From positions 1 to 64,000 of the forward strand of contig JBEWZL010000179.1 of NCBI GenBank assembly GCA_045837725.1: 64,000 nt of DNA, written 5' to 3'. The DNA comes from Vermamoeba vermiformis. Lineage: Eukaryota. Positions 38,972 through 51,392 of this stretch are shown piece by piece (the stretch's first letter is position 1; every line of letters begins with the position of its first letter). The translations under genes were made by a program, and so were the position numbers. The notes under the pieces were generated by a model, which ran no database searches, was not told the DNA's origin, and saw nothing but the letters and a program-made list of their open reading frames with translations.

Positions 38972-39139
38972 ATAGCAAGAAGAAATTAGCTGTATATAGT
39001 AAACTTCAGACTCTTTTGGGGTTGACAGATTTTTCTGTGCGCTCAAAAATGAAACTAATACTTTTATAACCTGACTCTATGTTCTGATTTTTTTTAGAAC
39101 GCTTAAGTTCGTTGGACGAGGTCAAAATCTACCAGTTTA

Positions 39140-42100
39140 TTAACAACTAAAGATCAAATTCTGCGCTATTAATGGCTTAATAATGTCCCAATCGACGACT
39201 TTGACAACCTTTGCAGTACTTTTTCTGATCGTTCTGAACGCCTTGATTGCATCCAAATACGGACTGAACGAGAACGAACTGAAGATCAACTCCCAAATCT
39301 CGATGGGCAATATGTCGAAAAGTGCTGAGCAGTGCACGATGCTGATGACATTGACGATCCAATCTTGAATCTCTGAGGTCAGTTCTTGTCGTCGCTTGTA
39401 AGCTAAGGTAGCGTAATGAATGTAGTACGAATTTGTTCGGACATTATCATCAATCAGTGAGATAACCATAGGACGACGGAATAATGCAATAATGGCGGCT
39501 TTTTCGTCCAGTCTTTGGTCCACTTCGAACCACAGTAAGTTGGGCAGTGTTTCCAGTACTGTCGCAAAGTCCGTCGTGCGTGCAACTGTGCCAAGTTTCA
39601 CAACGCGGAGTGAAGGTAGTGTTGGCAGGACATTTAATAACTGTTGCAAGAGAACGTTGGGTATAACTGTGTCCATGAATACTAAGGACTTCAGCTCGGT
39701 AAATTGTCCGAGCGAGTTGAGTATTGTCTTTGTGAACGAAATGTCAAGTTGGTGCAAAGTCAAGTACTCGATTTGATTGGTCTTTTCAGGGTCGTTGAAC
39801 TTGATAAAGTCTTGTTCTGTGCAGCAGGATGCATCATCATCTAAGCTCCAATACATCCAATTTGACTGCATCGACTCATTCATATGGCAATACGGATGAT
39901 GATACGAGGTGTCTGACACTACGTCAATCGCTGGTTTCGCGGAAACTGGTACGTTCTTCCAAGGATAATTGCTGACGTTAGAGACGCTAGCCCGAAAAAC
40001 CCATTCATCCACATTCTTCATTCGTTTGTGAACTGTCCATGGACATTGCTCATCAGTGCCTTGGGCAAGAGTTGATTCGCCATTCAACGAGCTAACGAAA
40101 TCAATCAGAACTTGCGGACTCTTAAGCGCCACTTCTATCGCCACTCGCTTCGTTGAAATCACTCGCTTTAATACGTCTAATTGGCACTCTGAAGTGAGTT
40201 TCAAAGTTTCAAGTTTCGGCAAGGAAGTGATTAATTCTTCGTACACTGCCGTCGGAAAGAGTTCGGGAGTGTTGTATTGCTCACTGGGGTATGGTGAAAA
40301 TGACAGCTGTCTGAGACTTGGGTGATATTTGAGTGCTTGTAGCAGCGGAAAATTGTTGAAATTGAGTGTCAGGTCGATCGATATCAATGACTCGTTCTCT
40401 AGCAATGCTTCACTTAATTCTTCCAAATATGGCGTGGCTTCACTATCTATTTTTATCACCGCTTTTTTCAATTTTATTCGAAATGGCTGGGCTGGTTTTA
40501 GCTTCAATAAACTGTTCAATGTCCACGGATCTGACACTTCGATATAAAACGACTTCTTTTTTTCGTCATCTGTTTGATAGACTCGATGGTTTGGCACAAA
40601 CGGCTTGTCCAAAAATCTGTTCTGAAAGAAGTCCGAAAAAGTGTCGAAGTACTTAGTAGCAGCATAAGGACAAAATATCCTCATTTTTTCGTCGATCTGC
40701 TCCAAATTTCAGCGCTGAGTTAAAATAGATTGCAATTGAATTAAATATTACCTGAAATCTTTCGTGCGAATTGGTTTGGCCCGTGCGATAAGTGACAGCC
40801 AAATGACAGGAGTGAGAGCTGTGCCGTATGACATAATGACCATAAGGCACTAGCGGTACTTCATCAGAAAGTAAGTCTCCCATAAATCCAGCGGCACTGT
40901 CAGATGCATACAATTAAAAAATTATTTCGCAGAAAATTATTGGAAATACTTGCACGTTGCCAGTTGTAATACAGTGGGGAATGTGCATATAATAAGTGCG
41001 ATAAAATTCGTCATACCATTTGCTTAAAAAGGAAAATGTTAGATGTACTTTTAAAAAGTAATATCACGTTGGTAGTCACCCACCTTTTTAAAATCCGTGG
41101 CTCAAACAAACTTTTTGGCTTCACTTCGACCCGTTGTCTGCGATACTTATAACTAACAGGCAGGTCACTACGAATTCGGTTAACGATCTGTGAATTATTC
41201 AGGGTTGACTAACCTTTCTCCATCCATAACTGCATAACCTTCATATTTGTCATAAATGTACTCAATTACAAGGGTTTTGTCAAAACTAATCAAATACACG
41301 TCCCTTGGATGTCCCTTAAGCAGTTCTTCTCCGCTCTTGCTATCAAGATGACCAAAAAACCCTCTATCGGCATTGTGATTTAATACCGCTCAGTCTTAAA
41401 AACTTTTACACTTACGGATGGTTGAGCAAGAGTTTGACGAGCGGCATATGATTGCCGAATGATCGCATCAGATCCGCAAAAGTGAAGATTGTCACGAAGC
41501 CAGTACCGAATTTGTCTAATAGCCCTTATTAGTCTTTGCAAGTATTAATCAGACACTTACCTAAGAGCGATAAGAAGCGGTCGAATTCATTCTCGTAAAA
41601 TACGCTGGCACTTGGGCAATGTTCTTTGAATCGCTGTCCAAACACCTCTCGTTGTACGATTATTTTCTAAAGTAGTTTAAATAGTCAATCCATGTAGAGA
41701 TCAAATAACACTATACGTTACGTACGTCAATACCAAACACTTTCTTCCAAAATTCTTTGGCGTGGTCTTCAATGTTGCACTCGATAAGTGCTTCGTGAAA
41801 TTTCCTTTGCGTCTCTTCATCGTCCAACCAATTCACTTCTGACTCGCGCAACAAGTAGTGCACGAATATATCCAAGTGATATTGTGCCTCTATCAACAGC
41901 TTTTGCACTTCAATGAACAAGTAGCGGGATGTGAACAGCCTGTCCTTCGCATCATCACCAGTTTTGGCCTTGATCATCGTTGCAAGGCGTTGCATGCACG
42001 TGAAGAAATGTTGATAATGATAGTCGTCTACGATATGTTTAGCCGTTGCTACTGCCTTGCTGACAATCTCGAGCTTGATCCGACACACCTTGAAATTAAC

Positions 42101-42956
42101 TCCGACTTCAATGCAATTGCCAGCGTATGATTTAATCATGTCTTCGATTTCTTGAATTATTTTCAGTTCTCTGAGAACTAGCATTTGTCTGAATTGATCC
42201 AACAAATCGCTGCTGTCTGCCTGAAAGAATGCGATAAGATCTGCTATAATTAATAGTTAAAATAACTACTTACATTGTCATTAGCTTCTATAGTCAAACT
42301 TAATCCAGGTTCGGCCCATTGATGAATCAAAGACTTGACTATTGAAGAAAAAAATTATTATACGGAAACAAAATTTAATGACGTACCTAACGTCTCTTCA
42401 AATAACGTCTTATCTTTGATACTTAATCTAGCTTTGCGTACATTCGCAAGCAAATTTTGTAGGGCTGTAATGACATCTCGTTCAAGCGAACCAACAATTT
42501 TCAGATCGATAAAAATTTTATCTAATAATCGAGTAATTAGAATACTAATACTATAATAAGTGCCCAAATTGCATACCATGCGCGTTAAAATAGATCTCCG
42601 GTATGATTGGGGCCGGAAGACGATCCAAAAGAATTATCAGATAATTGAATACTTCATTTGGATTTTCAAGTCGTATATTGTTAATATTAGGTTCCTTGAT
42701 AATTCTAAATATTTCTCGTTCGCTTTTTAGCTCCAGATTCCACTTGGTAGAGGAAAGACTTGCTTCAACTAAAATTATCACGGTTAAATACGACTTTTCG
42801 AGGACTATCATAATTTTTTAATTCATTACCTTGGTTATTTAAATAATTTATCCACTCAAAAAAAAATTGGCAACCGGATGTGCCCACATCCAACCCAATC
42901 TGCTGAAGAGATGCGCCAAATACGCTCCTTAAGAATATAGCTGGCCGCAGAGTCAT
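39140..42956 (-). CDS. RhoGAP-like + Cbl-TKB/SH2-like + LRR + C-terminal F-box-like protein (paralog 1)
   Basis: VFGASL..LDRLPAPIIP; AKEFWKKVFG; DKFGTGFVTIFTF; GFFGHL..YLISF; GHYVIRHSS; a long RNI-like LRR ORF; ILPIEIWELIF. Exon joining is inferred. Confidence 0.65.
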
Positions 42957-43258
42957 CAATATTCATCTAATTGAGTTCATAATACAATTAGTGTCGTCGA
43001 AAAGAAAAAAAAGCGAATTGCGTTTAAAATTTCGTAGGTAATGGTCCTCTTCTCCCTGTCGTTTTAATCAAAGAGTTTGATAACAGCCAGTGAATGGAGA
43101 CAACCATTGCAAAAACTGCCACAGAAAGGTCTCAACTAGCCAGGAGAAAGAAGATTTATGTCAGATCTAGATCCCCTTCAGTTTTAATCTGAAAGATTTG
43201 GTCCAAACCAACCAAAAGGCAAATTCCAGTAATTATGAATGCTTTATTCGCTCGCTCG

Positions 43259-45056
43259 TTATCCTCCACAAATCCTGTTTTCTTTGCAGAAACCAGTGGT
43301 TGGATCGTAGTGACAGGACTCGAGAACGAAGTAATTATACTGCGTCTCGTATTGCCAGTCATATCCACCACCACTCGCATGAATCACAAGTTGTTCGCAG
43401 CCAGTTGAAACGTAATCGAGCCAGACATATTGCGGCACATTCCAGTTGGTCTGATCGAAGAGCAATGTATGCTCGCTCATTGTCACGCACTCAGTGCAAT
43501 TGTAGTACCACGTTGGGCTCATAATAAACGACACTTTGACTTGGCCGCCCAATCCTTGCACTGGCGGAGCCGTCAAACTGAACGTGAAGTTATTGTTCAT
43601 GGCACCGGCCCAGATTGTCGTGTACTGCGTAAAGTTGAATCCTAAGACACAAATATATTAGACGAAGGCTTGCTTTCATTTATCTTTTCGGTCCGTAAAC
43701 TTTGGTTAAAAAAAATGTCATCGTGATACAGTGATATGCTGACATTATGGCACAGTATCACGATAAGTTATTGGATGCCACGAATTGATAATATGATTTA
43801 AGTGCCTAGTACTTGTTATTCTTACCGCTGTCAGCGTAACCGCACGAGACAGGCCAGTTGAGAGGCAATGCAAAGTCACTGTCGGACACGGACGGTTTGA
43901 AGTTGTAAAACACGCGCACAAGGTACCTAGCACAGCCGTTAATATCAATATGACACCACATGGATAATTATAATTGATTTCTTTGTTCAACGTAATGGCC
44001 CAAAAGAGCTATAGTTCGGAACCAGCTTTTTCAGTGTTTTTTCGAAATCGAAGTATACTTACAAATCAGTATCAAACGATCCTCGTGCAGCATGAGCGTT
44101 GATTTGTTTCAAAGTATATTGATTTTGATCACGTGACTGAAACACAGTCGTGCAGGCAATTTCACCATAGCCGCTGCGAACTAAATTGCATCGCTTGATA
44201 GAATCCCAACGCTAAATAGATATTAATTATTATACGTTAATTAGATGTTCATTATTAATCATATTGCTACTAAGTAACTCGATAATATGAATAAGAATTT
44301 GACTGCGTTAAAGTGCAACTTACGTCGGCGTAAACACCAAGCTCTGTAATAAATTCAACACCAATATAAGCCATGTCATCAGGGTATTGGAACATAAAGT
44401 CGTATACTGAGCTCGGGCCCGTCGGTGCAACAGTCCACCAGATCTGGTCAAATGGGGCCGAGGAATCGCCGCTCGCAGATTTATAGTAGCAGTTGTTGGG
44501 GACGTATGAAGGATATCCCGGATTAAGTACGAACTCCGTGAAGCCATTAGCCGCATGCTATGGTTAAAATTAATATAAATTGATTGCAGTGTCTCGGAAT
44601 CCGGATGTGACATACGCTTCCAGGCTCGGCTCCAGGGGCTTGATAAAGTAAATAGTGGTCCTCGAGTCTATTGTCTCTATTCGGTGCAGTCTCTCGAGCT
44701 CGCTTGTTGACCGAGTCGTAATAGAGGGTCTTCATACCCTTTGGATAGTACCATGTGAGCAAATCTGCGTATGCGTAATTAGTAACAGTAGGTATTTGCC
44801 CGACAATTGTCGTAGATAATATTAGAATTAATTATTTGGTCGTCTGTTGCTTCGTGGATTCGTCGCAATGTCATTTTTTTGATATTAACTTTAATTATTA
44901 ATGCAATTTGATGTATTATATCATCGATATTATATGCATACCTGTTTCGTTGAAATAAGCAGTAAATTGCGGCGGGAAGTTCTTCGGACCGCTTTTGAAG
45001 CCTTTGATCGCAAGCGCGACTGACGCGCAAAGCACCAAGACAAATAAAACCTTCAT
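43259..45056 (-). CDS. Secreted multi-exon protein, possibly with an ependymin-like N-terminus and an Ig-like C-terminus
   Basis: Signal peptide MKVLFVLVLCASVALA; PPQFTAYF..LYYDSVNKRAR; C-terminal FSLTAPP..LLFDQTNWNVPQYV. Confidence 0.55.
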
Positions 45057-45709
45057 TTGTTGTTGTTTTTAGCGTGGAACCGCGATAAATCAATGATAGA
45101 GCAGAAAACCAAATACTTAAAGACGGTCTAAGAAGCTTCTTTTTTGAATCCAAAGAACGTTCTTCACATGGCGATTCACACGTAACCTTCCTTTAGGAAC
45201 TTTCCATATCTACCTCCTCACGTACTACTATAAGTTGTAGATGGAGCATACGCAAAGATTGTCTCCAAGGTTAGGACTAAAAATCGACAATTAATTAAAA
45301 AAGGAAAATCAATTAAATTGTTCCAGGGAATAATCATCATGATTTTCTTCATTACCTCGGCTAGCTAAATATTTATCAAGTCAAAAAAGAAACCGAGGCG
45401 CCATCCCAATCCATGGACTTGTTGCAGAGATACGCCAAATTTGCTCGTTAATAATTCATGTGGATGGTTGTTTGGGTAACATTATATGTTGTCTGTTTGA
45501 TCAGGAATGTAAGATTGCTTACGTGTGTATGAGAGTTTATTAAAATTAACGACAATAAAAATTATTGTTTACAAATTATTTAAGTTGAACACGAGACGAG
45601 CGCTACGGATCGCGCTCTTAATCGTTACAAGGAAAACAAAAAAGCGAATGGAAAATAGCGATTTTATGTTTATCTAATTTATTCCAAACTACTTTCGAGA
45701 ATTCTCTTT

Positions 45710-48700
45710 CTAGTCAAATTGATACAATACCTCAGGAGGAGGTAAAACTTCTTGCCAATCGACCACCTTAGTTACCCTGGGAGAATTGGCGATGATTTTG
45801 CTTAGTACGCCTCGTACTTCCAAAAATGGCCTGAACGAGTACTGAAAGCTAAATATTTGCTCCCAGATCTCCACGGGGAAGCGGCACAACGCTTCAGGAG
45901 ATCGTACAATATTGTGCATAAGAACTATAAAATCTAAAATTTCGTCGGTGACTCGCCGTCTTAGTGCTCGCGTGTAGTGCTGGAATCTTCGGCCAGTCAA
46001 TCGATTTTGCTCGGTACACGATGCATGCACTGAATCTTGAAGGTCTACTATCACACACGCTGGACTTGAAAGTAGTTTTGCAAGGTCATATACGTGCAAG
46101 CCAAAAGACGCTCCGCCGATTTCTAGGCGCACCAAATTAGGAATACTCTCAATAATTTCTTGTTCGCTGAATACTCTTCGACCTCCAATTATTGAAATGG
46201 CTCTTAATGACTTCAGTTGTGATAATCCTTCGACAAACTTTGACTTGCTTTCTATTTCAACCGAGCTTTCTCTTGAATCTACTAATCGCAATACTTTGAG
46301 TCGCTGTAGCTTCTTCAGTAAGGCATTTAACTGGTTCATAAAATTGCCATCGTAACCTCGTAGACTGAGATACTCCACATCGGACCTATCTTCGAGAAAG
46401 TTGCTGAATTCAATCAGCGAATCGGGGCCAGCATGCTGTTTGCCACAACATACAACAGAATTTGATACTAAAAACACGGCTTTGCTCTTTCTAATATTCC
46501 ATATTGTGCACGAAACCTGGTGATGCATGCCGCAGAATTTCAGCTGAGGAACGTTGTAAAGTTTTTCCGCGACGCTGAATGCAGTATCGTGTATTGCTGA
46601 TGGTTCAGTGAATGCTATTAATTCTTTCAGACTCTTCATTCCGCTTGTTGTATGCAAATCTGAATCTTGCGGATCGACTAGAATCAATCTCTCAATGTTG
46701 TTGAACGATGCGCCGCCTCTTCCAGCACAGCTGTTAATACGAAGCTCTTTTAGCGGCAACTGGCCGATAGTTCTAAGCACTTTGTCGTTGTAAATTTGTG
46801 CCAACGGCTTCATGATATGCAATGCGGTCAAACTGGTATTTGTTGTGAACAGTGCTACAATGGCGTCCAGAACTTTTTCGCTGTTGATGAAATCAAGCTG
46901 AACCACCTTCAGTCTTGGTGCTTTGATTGCCGCAAGTATCAAATCAGGCGAGCCAAACCCAAAGATGACTTTGTTGAGGCGTGGCAGGGATGCCATTAAG
47001 TGAACCAAAGCTTCATTGACGAATGACTTGTCGACCATATCCGCTAATTTGAGTTGTCTTATATTAGGGTGTCTGTGCAGTGCACGCAAAAGCGGAATTG
47101 ATTGGCTTGTTGGCGCAATAGTTACACTGGTCAGAGACTCGTTATTTGCAAGCGCTGCTGCCAAAAGGTCCACTCGCTGCACTGATGTGATATCCAAATG
47201 TCGCATAGTCACAATTTTAATCGGCTTCTTCCTACGCAAATAAAAATTCATTGACGTTGGTTCTGACACTTGTCGAGCATTTAGCTGCTGTTCTGTTTCA
47301 GTCTGATGCACTCTATAATCGAACTTGTAGGGTGTAGCCGACCGGGAACCGCTTGCTTAAAATATCTTCAATACTGTCGTAATCCGCGGTACTAAAAGGA
47401 GCTCTCCATCCTTTGCCAGAGAACTGCGTTTAAGGTCAAAATGCTGCTACAGAAACGAATGTAATTATACAATACCTTGAAAAATGAACTAAGCCAACTA
47501 TTTGACCACGCCGCCCCGCATGTTATCTCCACCCCCTCGCGGTCTGCAATAAAACCAACGATGTATGTCTGAAGTAAATCTGCTAAAAATTTCTTTTCTG
47601 ACTCCGGTAGAATCCCGCAATATCCACTGTTTAATAGTCGATCGGTTAGTGTTTGTATTTTCGGAATTCAACTGACTTACGGGCAATTAACAAGTGATGT
47701 TTTTCGCATAAACGGTATTGTTAGCTCCGGTAGCGATGCTACCAAGTCATCTAACGATAAATAGATTTCGGCATTTGGCAGATCCAACGAAAATCTACAA
47801 AGTCAGATAGTTGCTATAATAAAGCTTATAATTACCCTGAGTATCCGGCCACAATGACGTGCTTCTTTATGCCATGTTCGATGTATTCAATTATCAAATG
47901 CTTATTAAACCGCAGCAAGTAACTGCCGTGTGGACGGAGATAAAGCAGTCTAGGACCTTCTTTGCCAATATACCCTAGGAAATATCTGCGTACTACTGTT
48001 AATGTCAATTAAGTGAAATTTTGCCAGCTCTTACTGGCAGTTGATTGCTTGTCTAATTAGCTTGACGTTGTTGCCAAAAGATCGCATCAGATCCGCGAAT
48101 GCAAAAAGAGTCACGAAGCCTGTGCTGAATTTATCCAACAAGCGCATCAATTCTTGAATCTCCGCATGGCTCCAATCAATCTTTGCGAACGAGCACAGGG
48201 CCTCTTGAAAGACATCGCGCTGTACTACAACTTTCTAAAATTTAATCAGCTAATTTTCCCTTTTCTGCTTGTACCTACATCAACGCCAATGTTTTCGCGC
48301 CAAAAGCTCTTCATAGTACCAGTCAAATGAGCAACTGTCAGATTTTCCAACTGCTGCACGAGCACTTCGTTTTGACTCCAATCTGCGCCAGTGTTTTTTG
48401 CAACATAATGAATAAAAATATCCAAATGATAGCTCATCGCTTTCAGTAGTCGTTGAACTTCAATGAACAAGTGCGACGACCGTGTCACTTGATCCAATTC
48501 ACCGAAACCTTGTTTGGACATGAGAAGTAAACGTAAGTCGACGAGATACTTCCCAAATACCACCAAGTGATAGTTGTCAATAAGATATTTCGTCAAAGGG
48601 AGCTGCTCTACCACCGTCATCAGCTTGACGTCACAAAGTGTCAGATGCGCTTTTGCTTCGCGCGCTCTGCGATTATCTTGGCTAAATATGACTGCAGTCA

Positions 48701-49527
48701 TCTTCACTTTCATTGAAATTTCTTTAATGTTAACCGAGCAATCCGCGATATTTCGATCGAGAGACTCCGTGGTTCCCGAGACGTCGGATCCAAACTGACA
48801 ATATTTTAGCGCTTAGCAGCGTATTAACAACTTACATGTTCAATGATATTATCCATTATATGTGATGATTTTTCTGGGCTTTTCCATTTTTTAAACAACG
48901 ATGATTCTAGATTAGATTAAGTACCAGCCATAGCTACATTAATTAGCTTGAACGTACCAATGCTTTGACGGAGTAATTGCTTGGTAGAGTCAGTCGTATC
49001 AGATTGCTTGACAAGGCGTAGCAATTCTACGATCGCGGTCAGCAGGTCAAGTTGGAGTGACGGCAGCAACCTGAGATCAGATATACCGTTTCGCTCTACA
49101 CCACCATAATGTTAGATGACGTTCATAACTTAGCGATGCGTACCATCTCCGAGAAAACTATGGAAAAGAAACTCGGGAATTAATTCGGAAGGAAGTTGAT
49201 CCAAAAAGATCTTCAAGTAATTGAAAACTTCGTTGGGTGAAGTTAATATTACATCCACGTTAAATTCATTAATTATTTTTGCCACTTCTCTGCCGTATTT
49301 GACGACTATTTGCCATTCTCGGGCGGTATTGACTAAAAAATTGCTTATTAATCAGGATTTAATTCAAATGGATTTTCTTTTAAACCTTGGTTCAACAAAT
49401 GTTGAATGCACCCAAAAATAAAATTATAAGCTCTTTTCTTGGCATTCGGGGTCGCTTCCAATTCAAGCTGCTGAAGGGAAGCTCCGAAAATGCAAGTGCC
49501 TATTCTAACCGAAGGTTGAGGCTGCAT
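45710..49527 (-). CDS. RhoGAP-like + Cbl-TKB/SH2-like + LRR + F-box-like protein (paralog 2), with a possible frame break near 47340-47420
   Basis: IFGASLQQL, FLDQLPSELIPE, LFIEVQRLL..YHLDIFIHY, DKFSTGFVTLFAFADLMRSFG, LRR ORF 45710-47311 and RFPVEIWEQIF all align with paralog 1. Confidence 0.6.
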
Positions 49528-49713
49528 TTGAGGTGTTCCGATGCAAAGGCAGCGCGGTCTTTGGCTTTCGTCATTTTTGTTGTTGCTGTCACTCGTCAAC
49601 AAAAAGCGAATCAAGCCGGCTTAAAATGAAAAGACTACGTTTATTAATAACAACTACTCTATTGCGAAAAACCTAACTAAATTATAAGAATGAAAAGATT
49701 CCTATCTTCAAAA

Positions 49714-50690
49714 TTAAAAAGCTGCGATGAGAGCCAAAGCGAGACCGCAAACTGCAGCACCGCGAATGACGTTGGCGTCGGAAGTTTCAGTCTTGGAAGA
49801 CTGCGCAGCGATGTTGTGGGGCTGGTTGTGGGGTTGGTTGTGGGGCTGGTTGTGGGGCTGGTTGTGGGGTTGGTTGTGGGGCTGGTTGTGGGGCTGGTTG
49901 TGGGGCTGGTGGTGGGGTTGGTTGTGGGGCTGGTGGTGGGGCTCGGGGTGAGGCTCGTGGGGCTCGGGGTGAGGCTCGTGGGGCTCGGGGTGAGGCTCGT
50001 GGGGCTCGGGGTGAGGCTCGTGTTGAGGCTCGTGTTGAGGCGGATTTTGAGGAGGGTTTTGAGGAGGGTTGTGAGGAGGATTTTGAGGAGGATTATGAGG
50101 AGGGTTTTGAGGAGGGTTTTGAGGAGGACTATGAGGAGGTTGAGGGCACTCGTTTTGAGGAGGCTGGATTTGCTGACAGCCTGAACACAACGGTTAGCCA
50201 ATCGTGCCTATTCAACATAAAGTATTATCTTACCTTGTTGAGGCGGGTTGAAGGGCTGAAAACCTTCAAGGCACCTAAAATGCAATTAGAACACTATTGA
50301 AGGTATTTAAGTACTAAAAGTGTCCGTACTTGCAACCGCAGCAACCTTGTCCACCATCGCACTCTTCATTGCCAACTACTTGATGATCACCGCAAACTAC
50401 GAGTTCGATTATTAGCGAGCTGTAGACTACATAATATCCGAATTGGACTTACTTGGCTCGCAGTTTTGAGACACCGGGAAAGTTGTTCTCCAACCAGGCA
50501 AACACAAGCAATCGTCTTGTTGGCAGCCCCAATGGCCTTTCTCGCATTGGAATTGGCCAGGATCGCACCCTGTATAAATGATTAATATATGACTTGATTA
50601 CCGCGAGGCATTTCATCGATGAACAAACTTACATGCGTAGGCCATCGCTACGATGCATGTCGATATTAATAAGATGCTAAGTAACTTCAT
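49714..50690 (-). CDS. Secreted, probably GPI-anchored, Cys-rich protein with His/Pro/Gln/Asn repeats
   Basis: Signal peptide MKLLSILLISTCIVAMAYA; CGDHQVVGNEECDGG; (PPQN)n, (PHEPHPE)n and (PHNQ)n repeats; hydrophobic C-terminal tail. Confidence 0.8.
49813..50145. repeat. Coding tandem repeats (12-nt and 21-nt units)
   Basis: tgtggggctggt, ggctcggggtgaggctcgtgg and gaggagggtttt units. Confidence 0.9.
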
Positions 50691-51392
50691 GCTAGTTGTC
50701 TTAGAAGTATTAGTTGTTTAAGAGCTGTTTTGTTGTTGTTCTTTGTTCGTTTGATGAATAGACTGAGTGACCTCGCGGTATTTATGTTACGACCGTTCAA
50801 TTGCAATTATCTAATTATAGCGAAGTAGAATAGAAGACAATTATAGGGTTAAAACTACGCAATGTAACTGCAACTGCTTTTGTCTGCTGTCATGTTTCAA
50901 GAAATTTCAAATTTTTGCTTTGGGAAAGCCGAAACAACGGAACAAACGATGAAAATTGACGTATGATTACCGATAACAAACTATCGGCAGAGAATTTGTT
51001 GCCGACATTCTAAAAATAAGAGGTATTTTCAATCAAAGATAATAAAGGCGACTGATTTCATCATCTTACCTTCGCCTTTCGCTCTTTGACATACGAATTC
51101 CTCAGAAAATATACGGTAATGACTTAAGCAATTTGAAATTAGTTTCATTGTCGGAACTTACCGCAATCCCATTGCGACAGCAGAATTTTATCGGCATAAC
51201 CTTGCAATTGTTAGTAAATCGTAAGACGAGAAGAATTGTAATTATCAAGCTTACTATACGCTCTATATTCTATATAGTACGCGTTTGAAAGTTACGAGCT
51301 GGCGATGGATCTTAAAAAGGAAGGTGAGGCAACACGAGTAATAAAAACGAAATATTTAAGGGTATATGTCACAAAATTATCGATTTAACGTG

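Noticed and set aside
49677-50201. Alternative-frame and antisense ORFs (VGLV, WGWL and TSP repeats)
   Set aside because: These are by-products of the tandem repeat. Only the PHNQ frame splices to the signal-peptide exons.
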